DNA of 64,000 bases from an uncultured Gemmatimonadaceae bacterium (GCA_963790305.1 CAWBOC010000013.1:32001-96000), one strand, 5' to 3'; positions 10,316 through 20,905 are shown, numbered from the stretch's first letter. Notes: generated by a model from the letters alone, not told the origin. A program made the numbers and translations.

Positions 10316-10771
10316 TCAACTTCCGCCGAGCATCTTCTCCAACGCGGCTAACGGCACCGCCCCCGCCTGCTGGGCAACGGCTTTCCCCTCTCGGAAGACC
10401 ATTACCGTGGGAATACTGCGGATGTCGAACTTCTGCGCCGTCCGCGGCGAGGCGTCGGTGTCGAGCTTCGCGATCAAGGCGCGCCCGGTCATCTTCGACG
10501 CGAGCTGGTCGACGAACGGCGCCATCATCTTGCACGGGCCGCACCAGTCCGCGTAGAAGTCGACGAGGACGGGGAGCTCCGCGCTCTCGACCGTGCGGTC
10601 GAACGTGTCATCGGTGAGCTTGAGCGGTCGGTCGAGAAGAATTGGACGGGCGCACTTGCCGCACTTGGGGCGGTCGGCTGCCCGAGCGGCGTCGATGCGA
10701 TTCCACGTCTGGCAGAATTGGCACTGGATGGTGAGCGTGGGGCTTTGTTTTTCAGTCGTCGTCGCGGTCAT
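10316..10771 (-). CDS. trxC: Thioredoxin 2 with N-terminal zinc finger
   Basis: CQFC..CGKC zinc finger; DFYADWCGPCK active site. Confidence 0.9.
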   Translation of the reverse strand: MTATTTEKQSPTLTIQCQFCQTWNRIDAARAADRPKCGKCARPILLDRPLKLTDDTFDRTVESAELPVLVDFYADWCGPCKMMAPFVDQLASKMTGRALIAKLDTDASPRTAQKFDIRSIPTVMVFREGKAVAQQAGAVPLAALEKMLGGS

Positions 10772-10875
10772 GGATCTCTCCGGGATACCGTGGCTACCAG
10801 ACGAACGCGCTCACCGCCAGTCGTGTGCCGAGGCTGCTGGAACGCCCCGACGGCACCGTTTATCTTTCTTCGCAG

Positions 10876-10948
10876 GGGGCGTTAGCTCAGCTGGGAGAGC
10901 ATTCGGTTTGCAACCGAAAGGTCGCGAGTTCGAGCCTCGCACGCTCCA
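10876..10948 (+). tRNA. tRNA-Ala(UGC); CCA not encoded
   Basis: Full cloverleaf: acceptor GGGGCGT/ACGCTCC with G3:U70 Ala identity pair; anticodon arm TTCGG-ttTGCaa-CCGAA; T-loop TTCGAGC. Confidence 0.95.
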
Positions 10949-12019
10949 TTACGCGCCGGCCTGCGATGAGCGGGCCGTTTGCGTCGGCAGGTCCTTCGGT
11001 ACCGGGATGACCATCCGCACCGCTGTCCCCGTTGATGCGGGGATGACGTCGAGCGTACCGCGCAGCTCGTTGCGAACCACGGTGCGCGCGATGATGAGAC
11101 CGCCCCCGGTCGAGTCCGGAGACGCGATCCCCCGTCCGTCATCGATCACCTGCACGACCACTTCGCCATTGGTGCCCTCAATGGCGACGCGGACGTTCCG
11201 CGCCTCCGCATGGCGCACGGCATTCATCACGAGCTCGTTGAGCGCCACGGCGAGAGAGCTTCCCACATTGGGCGGAACCTCGGCGTCCCCGTGAACCTCA
11301 CAGGTGGGAACCCGCAATGGTCCGAACACATCAACCATGTTCCGCGTGATGGCGCGGGCAAGCGCCGCCAAGGTGACGGCGCCGGCGTCCGTCGAGACCG
11401 CGTCTTGAAGCGCAGCCATCCCCCGGATGCGTGCGATGGCAACGTCGATGGCTTCATCGAGCGACCGACGCGGCGAGCAATGACGCTCGAGCACGAGCAG
11501 CGCCTGAATCGCCGCAAGGTTGTTGCGGACGCGGTGCTGAAGCTCGCGCAGCAACGCGAGCGTGCGCGACGCATCGAGGCGCGCACGTTCGTACAGCTGC
11601 CCATTCTCTGCCGCGAGCGTGACGAGGGTATCATTGAGGCGCGACAGCTGGCGCTCCGCCCGCCGAATGCGGACCAGCTCGTCAACGCGAGCGACGACTT
11701 CTCGCCCGCGCGTCGTCTGGCGTAGCCATGCATCGGGGGCAATCGTGCCAAGGGCGCGATGCGGGCGCGGGCGCAAGATGATCACCGGGAGTAGCGGAAC
11801 CTGAAACCGCGTCTTCAGACGTTGGCACAGCGCAAGAGCATCGGGTCCCCGCGCGGTGATGATGACTGCCTCGACTCGATCGTCGACGCGCTCCAGCGCG
11901 TCCTCGAGGCGTGTAGTCGCCACCTCGTGGCCGCCGCGGGTCAGCACCCGAGCCAACCGCGGAGCGGCGCCTACGATGAGGACGTGTGCAGGGTCCTGGG
12001 ACGAGCGCCCAGCGTCCAT
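10949..12019 (-). CDS. Soluble sensor histidine kinase, HisKA_2 type (PdtaS/EutW-like), with a degenerate receiver-like N-terminal domain
   Basis: RELQHRVRNNL H-box, NELVMNAVRH N-box, DDGRG, GGGLII; start chosen at ATG 12019. Confidence 0.82.
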   Translation of the reverse strand: MDAGRSSQDPAHVLIVGAAPRLARVLTRGGHEVATTRLEDALERVDDRVEAVIITARGPDALALCQRLKTRFQVPLLPVIILRPRPHRALGTIAPDAWLRQTTRGREVVARVDELVRIRRAERQLSRLNDTLVTLAAENGQLYERARLDASRTLALLRELQHRVRNNLAAIQALLVLERHCSPRRSLDEAIDVAIARIRGMAALQDAVSTDAGAVTLAALARAITRNMVDVFGPLRVPTCEVHGDAEVPPNVGSSLAVALNELVMNAVRHAEARNVRVAIEGTNGEVVVQVIDDGRGIASPDSTGGGLIIARTVVRNELRGTLDVIPASTGTAVRMVIPVPKDLPTQTARSSQAGA

Positions 12020-12134
12020 TGCGCTCTCGGGAGAGATCATCCTGACGAAAGAGGGCACGTTCCGTTCCCGGCCTCGGACCCCCGGTCCATCTCTTGCAGC
12101 CGCGAGATGACTTCTGCTTCTCCTGGAGTTTCTG

Positions 12135-12794
12135 GTGCCCGGATCCTCCCTGCGCATCCTCATCGGGGAAGATGAGAGCGTCACCGCCCTTGGCCTCGAG
12201 CAGGATCTTCGCTCACTCGGCCATACCGTCGTAGGCATCGCTGGCGATGGGGCCAGCGCCGTGGCGATGGCACGGACCATGGGTCCCGATCTCGTGCTCC
12301 TCGACGTGCGCATGCCGCACCTCGACGGGCTGACGGCCGCTCAGCAGATCCATGAGGAGCGCCCGGTGCCGATCATCGCCGTTACCGCGTACAGCGACGC
12401 CGAGACGGTCACGCAGGCGACGCGCGCGCCTATTTTCCACTATCTCGTCAAGCCGGTCTCGGCCGCGCAGCTGGATGCCGCGATCCAGGTCGCGTTTGCA
12501 CGTCACGAGGATTGGCTCTCATCGCAGCGTGAAGGTGACGACCTGCGCCGGAAGCTGGACGATCGCAAGGTGATCGAACGCGCCAAAGGAATCTTGATGG
12601 AGCGGGAGAGCATCACCGAGAGTGCCGCGTATCGCATCCTCCAGCGGACGAGTCAGAGTCGCAACATGTCGATGGCCGACCTCGCGCGCAGCCTGCTCGC
12701 TGCCGAGGATCTCATCCGCCCTCCGCAGCCACGCGTTGAACGCACGGGACGTAACGCGCGGACCGGAGACCGGGCCCAGCGCCCGGAAGGCTAG
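12135..12794 (+). CDS. REC-ANTAR response regulator (PdtaR/EutV/NasT-like RNA-binding antiterminator)
   Basis: ILIGEDE, LLDVRMP, YLVKP; ANTAR segment [21 protein letters not shown]. Confidence 0.9.
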   Translation: MPGSSLRILIGEDESVTALGLEQDLRSLGHTVVGIAGDGASAVAMARTMGPDLVLLDVRMPHLDGLTAAQQIHEERPVPIIAVTAYSDAETVTQATRAPIFHYLVKPVSAAQLDAAIQVAFARHEDWLSSQREGDDLRRKLDDRKVIERAKGILMERESITESAAYRILQRTSQSRNMSMADLARSLLAAEDLIRPPQPRVERTGRNARTGDRAQRPEG

Positions 12795-12807
12795 CTCGCC
12801 CGTCGCC

Positions 12808-12836
12808 TTGCCGCCTGTCACCGCCGCCGGTACGTT
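12808..12836 (+). promoter_or_regulatory. Candidate sigma70 promoter for the peroxiredoxin gene
   Basis: TTGCCG-N17-TACGTT. Confidence 0.4.
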
Positions 12837-12874
12837 GCCGGCGGCGTTCGCACACCGACCACCGCATCGCCACC

Positions 12875-13354
12875 ATGGCTACCAGCGTGTCATTGACATC
12901 CCCGCGCGTCGGGGATCTTGCGCCCGACTTCTCGCTCGACTCCACGGCGGGCGCGCCCGCGCGACTCTCCGATTTCCGCGGTGAGCGCAACGTCCTGCTG
13001 GCGTTTTTTCCGCTCGCGTTCACGAGCACGTGTACGGCCGAGGTGTGCGAGTTCAGCAACGACTTCGATCGTTATGCCGGCGCGCGCGTCGCGGTGCTGC
13101 CGATCTCGGTCGATTCCGTTCCCACGCTGCGCGAGTTCAAGGCGAAGCACGCCATTCGTGTCGACATGCTCAGTGACTTCCGCCGCGACGTCTCACGTCT
13201 CTACGGCGTGCTCGATGAGGAACGGTTTTTCGCTCGACGCGCGTACGTGCTGATCGATCGACGCGGGGTCGTGCGATGGTCGCACGTCGAGGATCAGCTC
13301 GGCCATCGGCGACAGACGGACGAGCTTCTCGCCAGGATCGAGGAGCTGGACTAG
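12875..13354 (+). CDS. Peroxiredoxin (AhpE/BCP-like, Cys-type)
   Basis: [16 protein letters not shown] (PxxxTxxC), RRAYVLID. Confidence 0.88.
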   Translation: MATSVSLTSPRVGDLAPDFSLDSTAGAPARLSDFRGERNVLLAFFPLAFTSTCTAEVCEFSNDFDRYAGARVAVLPISVDSVPTLREFKAKHAIRVDMLSDFRRDVSRLYGVLDEERFFARRAYVLIDRRGVVRWSHVEDQLGHRRQTDELLARIEELD

Positions 13355-13363
13355 GCGCCGCCG

Positions 13364-15491
13364 GTGGACCCGATCGAGCTGCTCGCCCGCGAGGACAGGT
13401 GGCAATTGTCGGCGGGAGAGGGGCTCATCTTCGCGCCGCCCCACCCGTTGTGGCTCGCCGCGCCCGGATTCTGGGATCCCGCCAGTCACTTCGGAGACCA
13501 GATCGGCCCGCTCTTTACCGTCGCCTTCCTCGATGACGATGGCGTGGAGGTGGCGTCGCACCTAACGACGCGCCGATGGAGCCCCGCCGAACTGGCCGTG
13601 GAGTATCGCCTGGCCAACGGCGCGACGGCCGCCGAGGTGCGCACGGTGCAGCCAGGCGGTGTGTTCGCGTCGGAGTGGCGTCTGGAGGCGCCGCGCCCGA
13701 CGCGCATACACCTCGTCGCCTGGACGGCTCAGCCCAGGCGCGCGCTCGACGGGGCCATGCGGTACGACGGCACCGTCGTGTTCCGGCGGCGCGCGGCCGG
13801 AGCCGAGCCGTACGAGATGGCGCTCGCGTGCGTTGGCGGCACGACGAGCTGGGCGCTCGCCGGCAGCGAGGATGCCCCGCTGTACCCGCGCTGGGGATAT
13901 ACGCCGTTCGCAGGCCAGTGGACGAGCGATGGGCTTCCCCTCGGCGACGCGCAGATCGAGCCTGCCGACGTGACGTATGCCGCCGTGCACCGTTCGCTCT
14001 TCGTGGCCGCCGAGGGCACCTCGACCGTCTTCGCGATGCGCGTGGCCCCGAAGGAGCCGGTGCCCGCTGCGCCCGCTGGCCCGGCCGTGCACGGGGGCGG
14101 GCATTCCGCCACGTTAGGCGGTGCCAGCCGGCGGCGGTGGCGTGACTACTTCACCCGCGTTCCGGCGTTCCGTTGCTCGGACCCATACGTGGAGCACTGC
14201 TACTGGTACCGCTGGAGCTGCCTCGAAATGCTCGCTGCCGGCCGGCTTGGCGTGTGTGAGGGTGCGGGCCGGCTTCACCGCCTCACGAGCGACGCAGCGG
14301 CCTGCCACGTGCGCGAGCTTCGATGGATGCGAGAGCCGGACATGGCACGAGAGGCGGTGCGTGCGGTGCTGTCCCGTGTGCGCGATGACGGCAGCATGCC
14401 CGCGCAACTTCGCGGCGCGGGGACGGCGCCAGCTCCCAACGCGTTCACCGACTGGGGAGGCGCGGTCCTCGCGCTGGAGGCCGCGCACCCTGATGACGCG
14501 TTCGTCGCGGAAGCGTACGGCTCGCTCGCTCGGCACGCGCGATGGATCCTCAAGGAACGCGCGAGTGGAACCGGCCTCATCGAGGTCATGCGCGGCGAGG
14601 TCGCGTTCGACGACCCGGACCGATGGCGGAAGAACACTCGTCTGTGCGCCGTGGATGCTGCGGTATCGACCTACGCCCTCCTCGTCGCCCTCGGGCGCCT
14701 GGCGCTCCGTGCTCAGTCACCGCGGGATGCCCAGGAGTGGGACCAGGCGGCCAGTCGCCTGGCCGCCGCGGTGCGCGAGCACATGTGGGACGCCGAGTGG
14801 AAGCTGTTCCGCGACGTTCATCCAAAGACAGGCAGGCGTGTGGGGCCGCGCTCCGCTGTCTGCTTCTATCCATACCGCACGGATCTGGCCGACGCGCGCC
14901 ATCTCCGCGGGCCTCGAGACGTCACTGCTCGATCCTGAGGCCTTCTGGACCGCGTTTCCCGTCGCGACGGCACCCGCGAACGATGTGCGGTTCTCACGCA
15001 TTGGCGCACGAGCCGGCGTTCGTGGTGACGCGACGTTCAGTGGTCCGGTCGTGCCGCTCGTGAACTCGCATCTGATCGATGCCCTGGCGCGTGTCGCCCG
15101 CGCATACGCGCCGCATCTCCGGTCGCACGTAGCCCACCTCGTGAGTCGGACCATCCGAATGTTCTTCGACGGTGCGGATCCGGTCCGAATCGGGTCGCAC
15201 GAGTACTACGATCCGCTCGAGGGTCGCGCGTCTGCGCACCGGTGGGCGAGCGACAGTACGCATTCCTGGGTCGTCGATGCGATCGTCCAATACGTTGCCG
15301 GCATTCGGCCGCATGACGGCGGCTTGACCATCGACCCGATGCCCTTCCACCTGGAGCTCGTCGATGTCAGCGGAGTGCGCGTCCGCGGGCATACGGTGGA
15401 CGTGCGCATCGAGGGGGACCGCGTGACGGCGACGATCGACGGGACCCGGCGCGAGGGGCGCCTCGGGGCGCCGATGGAGATCGCGATGTAG
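13364..15491 (+). CDS. Six-hairpin glycoside hydrolase (MGH1/GH63-like); +1 frameshift near 14905
   Basis: YWYRW, MWDAEWKLFRD, LLDPEAFWTAFPVAT, EYYDPLEG; split over ORFs 13364..14938 and 14121..15491. Confidence 0.65.
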
Positions 15492-15588
15492 CGGAGGCGG
15501 CGTCGAAACGGACGGGTGCGTAACCCATTGAAAAATTTTGGCCTTGGTGAGCTAAAACCGTGACGTTGGAGGGGGGCTATCGGTCATA

Positions 15589-17217
15589 TTGTCCGGGGGG
15601 CGGGACGACCTGTCCCCCCGGGCTTTTCCCCCACGTCGAGGTCGATTGGCTCCCGTCGCACGTCTCACCCCGACCAGTCTCCAGCCGGTGTCGCCGGCGC
15701 TGGCGCTTCTGTCCGACGTCGCCGCCCACCTCGCGGCCGGCGGACCGATCGAGGACGCCCTGCACAAGGTCCTCGAGCTCCTGCGCCGGGCCCTGACGGC
15801 AGGCGACTGTGCGATCTGGGCGCTCGCGCCCGCCGGCCTAACGCGGGCCTGGGGTGTCGGGGATGGGGCAACGACCGACACCGAGATCGCCGCGCTGCTC
15901 GAAGCAGGCGAGCTCTCCAACGACCGAACCGTGCTCGCGCGCCTCATCGCCGGCGAACGGCTCCTGGGCGTCCTCGTACTGCGGGTGGATCGCTCGCTGG
16001 ACTCGGAGGAGCGCATCGTCCTGGCGACGATCGCGGATCTGCTCGCGCCGGCCATCGCCAACGCCGAGCATGCGCAGCAAATGGCGGTCGAGGTGCGCTG
16101 GCGGACGCAGCAGATCGAGGAACAGCGGCGGTTCACCGAGAAGATCATCGACTCGCTGCCCGTTGGCCTCTATGTAATCGATCGCGAGTACCGCATTCAC
16201 GCCTGGAATCGGAAGCGTGAGACGGGCATCCAGGGCGTGTCGCGCGAGGAGGCGATCGGGCGCACCATCTTCGAGATCCTGCATCGCCAGCCGGCGGAGC
16301 TGCTGCGCGGCGAGTTCGACGACGTGTTCGCCACCGGCAAGATCTCGACGTTCCAGATGGAGTCGAGCGCCACCGGCGATCTCCGCACCTTCCGCATCTC
16401 GAAGATTCCGATGCGCGTCGATGACATGAACGTCACTCACGTCATCACGATCGGCGAGGACATGACCGATTGGCGAACGGCGCAGGACCGGATCGCGCAG
16501 GCCGAGAAGCTGGCTGCGATCGGCCAGCTCGCGGCGGGGGTCATGCACGAGGTGAACAACCCGCTCGCGACCATCGGAGCCTGTGCCGAGAGCATGTCGC
16601 TTCGCCTCGACGAGCAGCATGCGGATCCGAACCTCCGGCAGGGATTCAGCGACTATCTGCGCATCATCGACACCGAAGTGCATCGCTGCAAGCGCATCAT
16701 CGATGGACTGCTGGATTTCAGTCGTCCGAAGGCGGCCACGAAAGTCGCCGTCAATGTCAATGCGGTGCTCGAAGAGACCTTGTTTCTCCTCAAGCATCAC
16801 GAGCGGTTCAAGCGAATGAGCGTGGTCCGCGAGCTGGACCGGGAAACGCCGCCGCTCGCGCACGGCAACGCGGAGCAGCTGATCCAGGTCTTCATGGCCC
16901 TCCTGCTCAACGCCATGGACGCGATGAACGCGCGAGGGGCGATCCTCGTGCGCTCGCGACGTGGGCGCCCCGGCGAGGAGCCGGTCGTCGTCGAGATCGC
17001 CGACGAAGGTCACGGGATCCCACGTGGGGAGATGACGAAGATCTTCGAGCCATTCTACACGTCAAAGCCGCCCGGCCGCGGCACTGGTCTGGGGTTGTCG
17101 ATCTGCTACTCGATCGTCGCCGATCACGAAGGGCGCATCGAAGTAGACAGCCATTTGGGGAAGGGAACCACGTTTCGTGTGTTGCTCCCCGCGGCGCACA
17201 CTGAGGGGGAGGCATGA
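15589..17217 (+). CDS. GAF/PAS sensor histidine kinase (NtrB-like); start uncertain
   Basis: PAS IIDSLPVGLYVID; GVMHEVNNPL; NAMDAM; FEPFYTSKPPGRGTGLGL. Confidence 0.88.
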   Translation: MSGGRDDLSPRAFPPRRGRLAPVARLTPTSLQPVSPALALLSDVAAHLAAGGPIEDALHKVLELLRRALTAGDCAIWALAPAGLTRAWGVGDGATTDTEIAALLEAGELSNDRTVLARLIAGERLLGVLVLRVDRSLDSEERIVLATIADLLAPAIANAEHAQQMAVEVRWRTQQIEEQRRFTEKIIDSLPVGLYVIDREYRIHAWNRKRETGIQGVSREEAIGRTIFEILHRQPAELLRGEFDDVFATGKISTFQMESSATGDLRTFRISKIPMRVDDMNVTHVITIGEDMTDWRTAQDRIAQAEKLAAIGQLAAGVMHEVNNPLATIGACAESMSLRLDEQHADPNLRQGFSDYLRIIDTEVHRCKRIIDGLLDFSRPKAATKVAVNVNAVLEETLFLLKHHERFKRMSVVRELDRETPPLAHGNAEQLIQVFMALLLNAMDAMNARGAILVRSRRGRPGEEPVVVEIADEGHGIPRGEMTKIFEPFYTSKPPGRGTGLGLSICYSIVADHEGRIEVDSHLGKGTTFRVLLPAAHTEGEA

Positions 17218-18578
17218 GAGACGAGTCCCGGATCCGCGTCCTGATCGCCGAGGACGAGGCGCACCTCGGAACGCTGCTCGAGAACTACCTCACCGGGCGG
17301 GGGTTCCAGGTGACCTCACGGCGCGACGGACGCGCGGCGCTCGACGCCATGAAAGCGGAAGCGTACGACGTCGCGCTCCTCGACATCGTCATGCCGGAGC
17401 TGGACGGCCTCGAGGTCCTGCGGCAGGTGCGCGAGGAGCCCTCACCCCCGGAAGTCATCATCATCACCGGCAACGGCACCATCGAGACGGCGATCAGCGC
17501 GATGAAGCTCGGCGCGTACGACTACCTCTCGAAGCCGTATCGCATGGCGGAGATCGACGTGCTCGTGAGACGTGCGTGGGAAAAGCGTCAGCTCGCGCGC
17601 GAGAACGTCCTGCTCCAGAAGCGCCTGTCCAAGTTCGACGGTTTGCCGGAGATCGTGACGCACTATGCGCCGATGCAGGCGGTGCTGTCCCTCGTCGAGC
17701 GCGTCGCGAAGAGCGACTCGACGGTGCTCATCTCAGGCGAATCGGGGACGGGCAAGGAGCTCATCGCGCGCGCATTGCATCGGCTGTCGTTCCGGGCGAA
17801 TGGCGCCCTCGTCGACATCAACTGCGCCGCGATCGCCGAGAACCTTCTCGAGAGCGAGCTCTTCGGTCACGAGAAGGGCGCATTCACCGGCGCGCTCTCG
17901 CGGAAGCTCGGTCTCTTCGAGCTTGCGGCCGGTGGAACGATGTTCATGGACGAGATCGGCGAGCTCGATCCGCGCCTCCAGGGAAAGTTGCTGCGGGCGC
18001 TCGAGCTCGGCAGCTTCTTCCGCGTCGGCGGCACGCAGAAGGTGCAGGCCGACCTGCGGATCATCGCGGCGACCAATCAGGATCTGCAGGCGAAGGTGCA
18101 GGACGGCAACTTCCGCGGCGATCTCTACTACCGCATCAATACCATCAGCATCACGCTGCCACCGCTGCGGGAGCGCGCCGTCGACATTCCGCTGCTCGCC
18201 GAGCATTTCCTTCAGACGTATGGCGGATCGACGCCGCCGCGACTCACCGAGGAAGCCCTCGCCGCGCTCCAGGCGTATTCCTGGCCGGGCAACATTCGCG
18301 AGCTGCGCAACGTGATCGAGCGCGCGGTGCTGCTCGCCACCGGCGGAACGATTCGCGTGTCGGATCTGCCGGTGCTGAATGGGCCGTCGAACTCGGGCGA
18401 TACGAAGCGCGTGGCGCCTGATGGACGTCCGCTCTCCCTCGCCGACCTCGAGCGGGACCACATCGCGACAGTGCTGCGGCAGACGAGCTGGCACCAGGGT
18501 CGTGCCGCGGAGATGCTCGGCATCTCGCCGAAGACGCTCTATAGAAAAATTCGGGAGTACGGGTTCAAGAGAGCCTAG
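17214..18578 (+). CDS. Sigma54-dependent response regulator (NtrC family)
   Basis: REC domain; GESGTGKE; GAFTGA; WPGNIREL; Fis-type HTH. Confidence 0.93.
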   Translation: MRDESRIRVLIAEDEAHLGTLLENYLTGRGFQVTSRRDGRAALDAMKAEAYDVALLDIVMPELDGLEVLRQVREEPSPPEVIIITGNGTIETAISAMKLGAYDYLSKPYRMAEIDVLVRRAWEKRQLARENVLLQKRLSKFDGLPEIVTHYAPMQAVLSLVERVAKSDSTVLISGESGTGKELIARALHRLSFRANGALVDINCAAIAENLLESELFGHEKGAFTGALSRKLGLFELAAGGTMFMDEIGELDPRLQGKLLRALELGSFFRVGGTQKVQADLRIIAATNQDLQAKVQDGNFRGDLYYRINTISITLPPLRERAVDIPLLAEHFLQTYGGSTPPRLTEEALAALQAYSWPGNIRELRNVIERAVLLATGGTIRVSDLPVLNGPSNSGDTKRVAPDGRPLSLADLERDHIATVLRQTSWHQGRAAEMLGISPKTLYRKIREYGFKRA

Positions 18579-18678
18579 GTCGTCGAGGTCGTCCAGGTCG
18601 TCCAGGTCGTCGAGGTGATCGAGGTGAAGTCGCCTTGATCACCTCGACATCCTCGATGACCTCGATCACCTTGATTTC
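18577..18678. repeat. Nonamer tandem-repeat palindrome filling the whole intergenic gap
   Basis: Six aggtcgtcS-like units, then five reverse-complement-type units (cttgatcac, ctcgacatc, ctcgatgac, ctcgatcac, cttgatttc). Confidence 0.8.
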
Positions 18679-19347
18679 ATGAAAATTCTCGTCATCGAGG
18701 ACGACCCCACCGTCGGCCAGTACGTCAAGCGCGGGCTGGAAGAGCAGCGGTGGGGGGTCGACCTCGTCACGAATGGGGAAGATGGCGAGCAACGCGCGTC
18801 ATCCGAGGCGTACGATCTCGTCGTGCTCGACATGCGCCTTCCCGGCCGGTCGGGAATGGAAGTGCTCGAGCGGCTTCGCGCACGCGGCTTCGAGCGTCCC
18901 GTACTCGTACTCACCGCACAAGACGCGATCGATGCCAAGGTCTCGGCGCTTCGGGCCGGGGCGGACGACTACGTCACCAAGCCGTTCGCATTCGAGGAGC
19001 TGCTCGCCCGCGTCGAAGCGCTCTCACGACGGCCGCGCGCGCTCGCCGCGCCCGTGCTCCACGTCGCCGACCTCGAGCTCGACAAGGGGACCCGTCGGGT
19101 CACGCGTGCCGGCCAGGAGATTGAGCTCACCCCCAAGGAGTACGCCGTGCTCGAGTACCTCATGCGCCACGCCGGGCGTGTCATGAGCCGCACGTTGATC
19201 ACCGAGTACGCCTGGGGGTATCACTTCGATCCGGGGACGAACATCGTGGACGTCGTGATCAACCATCTCCGCAAGAAGATCGACTCGAATAGCGACGTGA
19301 AGCTCATCCACACCGTGCGCGGCGTGGGATACGTGGTGCGTCCGTGA
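18679..19347 (+). CDS. OmpR/PhoB-family response regulator
   Basis: MKILVIEDD, GADDYVTKPF, LTPKEY, IHTVRGVGY. Confidence 0.93.
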   Translation: MKILVIEDDPTVGQYVKRGLEEQRWGVDLVTNGEDGEQRASSEAYDLVVLDMRLPGRSGMEVLERLRARGFERPVLVLTAQDAIDAKVSALRAGADDYVTKPFAFEELLARVEALSRRPRALAAPVLHVADLELDKGTRRVTRAGQEIELTPKEYAVLEYLMRHAGRVMSRTLITEYAWGYHFDPGTNIVDVVINHLRKKIDSNSDVKLIHTVRGVGYVVRP

Positions 19348-19369
19348 GCGCCCTCGTGAGGCATAGCGG

Positions 19370-20905
19370 GTGAGCACCCTTCGATCGCGCCTGACGGCGA
19401 TCTATGCGACGGCGCTGGTCGCCACGCTCTTCGTCTTCGCGATCGCGCTGTGGGGAGCCCGGCGCGCCGCCTCGCTTCAGGAGCTGCAGCGCTACGTCTT
19501 CACCGAGGCGAACCTTGCCCTGAGCCTGGTCCGCAACGCGGAGCTGGCCGGGCAGCCGGTGACGGAGGTGCGCGATACCCTCCTCGGTCCGGCGATCACG
19601 CCGCAGCTGCGCACGCTGCTGGAGGGCATTCCCGATTACGTGCTCGTTCTCGACTCCAACGGTCGCAGCCTGTACGTGTCGTTCGCGGCGCGGCAGCTGA
19701 GCCCCGACGAGCTCGCATTGCTCCAGCAGCACGCGATCAGCGCCCCGACGAGTGGGCTCGCCGTGATCGTGCCCTTTGGGGGCGAGCGCCTCCTCATGGC
19801 CGCGCGGGCGCCCTCGTCCACGGAATCGCAGATCTCACGGGTCGTGGTTGCGTCATCCACGCGCTCGGCGGAGCTTGCGGTCGGCGAGCTCGTCGGCACC
19901 ATGCTGGTCATCGCGCCGCTGCTTCTGATCATTTCCATTGGAGGCGCGTACGTGATCGCGGGACGAGCGCTGCGTCCCATCGACGGCATCATCAACGAGG
20001 TGCAGGCGATCACCGACGGACGCAGCCTGCATCGTCGGCTGCCGTCGGTGGGCGTGGGCGATGAGCTCGAGCGCCTGACAACGACGCTGAACGAAATGAT
20101 GGAGCGACTCGAACGCTCCTTCGCCGCGTTGCGACGCTTCACCGCCGATGCGAGCCACGAGCTCAAGACGCCGCTGGCAGTCCTTCGTGCCGACGTCGAG
20201 CGCGCCATGACGCCCACCGTTCCCCCCGGCGAGCGGCTCGTGGCCCTCGAGGAGGCACTGCACGAGACGACGCGCATGGCCGATCTCGTCGAATCGCTGC
20301 TCACCCTGGCGCGCGCCGATGAGCGGCGTTTCGATCTGCACCTCGAGCCCGTTCCTCTCGAGGCGCTGGTGCGCGAGGTCTTCGAAACGGCCGTCATCCT
20401 CGGCGAGGCGAGCGGGCTGGCGGTGACGATGCCCGTCGTCGAGCCAGCGACCGTCGCGGGCGATCCCACACGGCTTCGACAGCTCTTCCTCAACCTGATT
20501 ACCAACGCCATCAAGTACACGCCGCACGGGGGGAGCGTCGAGCTCACGCTCGAATCCTTTGGCAAGACCGTCGCGTTCTCGGTGCGGGATACGGGCGTCG
20601 GAATTTCCGCGGCCGACCTCACCCACATCTTCGAGCGATTCTGGCGCGCCGACCGCGCCCGATCGCGTCCCTTGCTCACGGGCGACCGGCCATGGATAGC
20701 CGAGCGCGGCGGGTTCGGCCTGGGGCTGGCCATCGGGCAATGGATCGCCGAGGCACACGGCGGGTCGATCTCTGTGCGCTCGCGGCTCGGTCGCGGCAGC
20801 ACCTTCACGGTCACCCTGCCCGTACCCGAGGCGGGCAAGCGTGACACGGGCGCCGAGGAACTGATGGAGGAGCCCAAGGTCCCGCAGCCGGCGCGGAGCG
20901 CATAA
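19370..20905 (+). CDS. Membrane HAMP sensor histidine kinase
   Basis: Two TM helices, HAMP, DASHELKTPL, NAIKYT, GFGLGL. Confidence 0.9.
   Translation: MSTLRSRLTAIYATALVATLFVFAIALWGARRAASLQELQRYVFTEANLALSLVRNAELAGQPVTEVRDTLLGPAITPQLRTLLEGIPDYVLVLDSNGRSLYVSFAARQLSPDELALLQQHAISAPTSGLAVIVPFGGERLLMAARAPSSTESQISRVVVASSTRSAELAVGELVGTMLVIAPLLLIISIGGAYVIAGRALRPIDGIINEVQAITDGRSLHRRLPSVGVGDELERLTTTLNEMMERLERSFAALRRFTADASHELKTPLAVLRADVERAMTPTVPPGERLVALEEALHETTRMADLVESLLTLARADERRFDLHLEPVPLEALVREVFETAVILGEASGLAVTMPVVEPATVAGDPTRLRQLFLNLITNAIKYTPHGGSVELTLESFGKTVAFSVRDTGVGISAADLTHIFERFWRADRARSRPLLTGDRPWIAERGGFGLGLAIGQWIAEAHGGSISVRSRLGRGSTFTVTLPVPEAGKRDTGAEELMEEPKVPQPARSA

Noticed and set aside
12020..12134. 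ANTAR twin-hairpin target between the kinase and regulator
   Set aside because: Small hairpins exist (ggacc/ggtcc, catctc/gagatg) but not two hexaloops with A1 and G4.
18577..18678. Possible CRISPR array
   Set aside because: Units are contiguous 9-mers with no spacers, and there are no cas genes.
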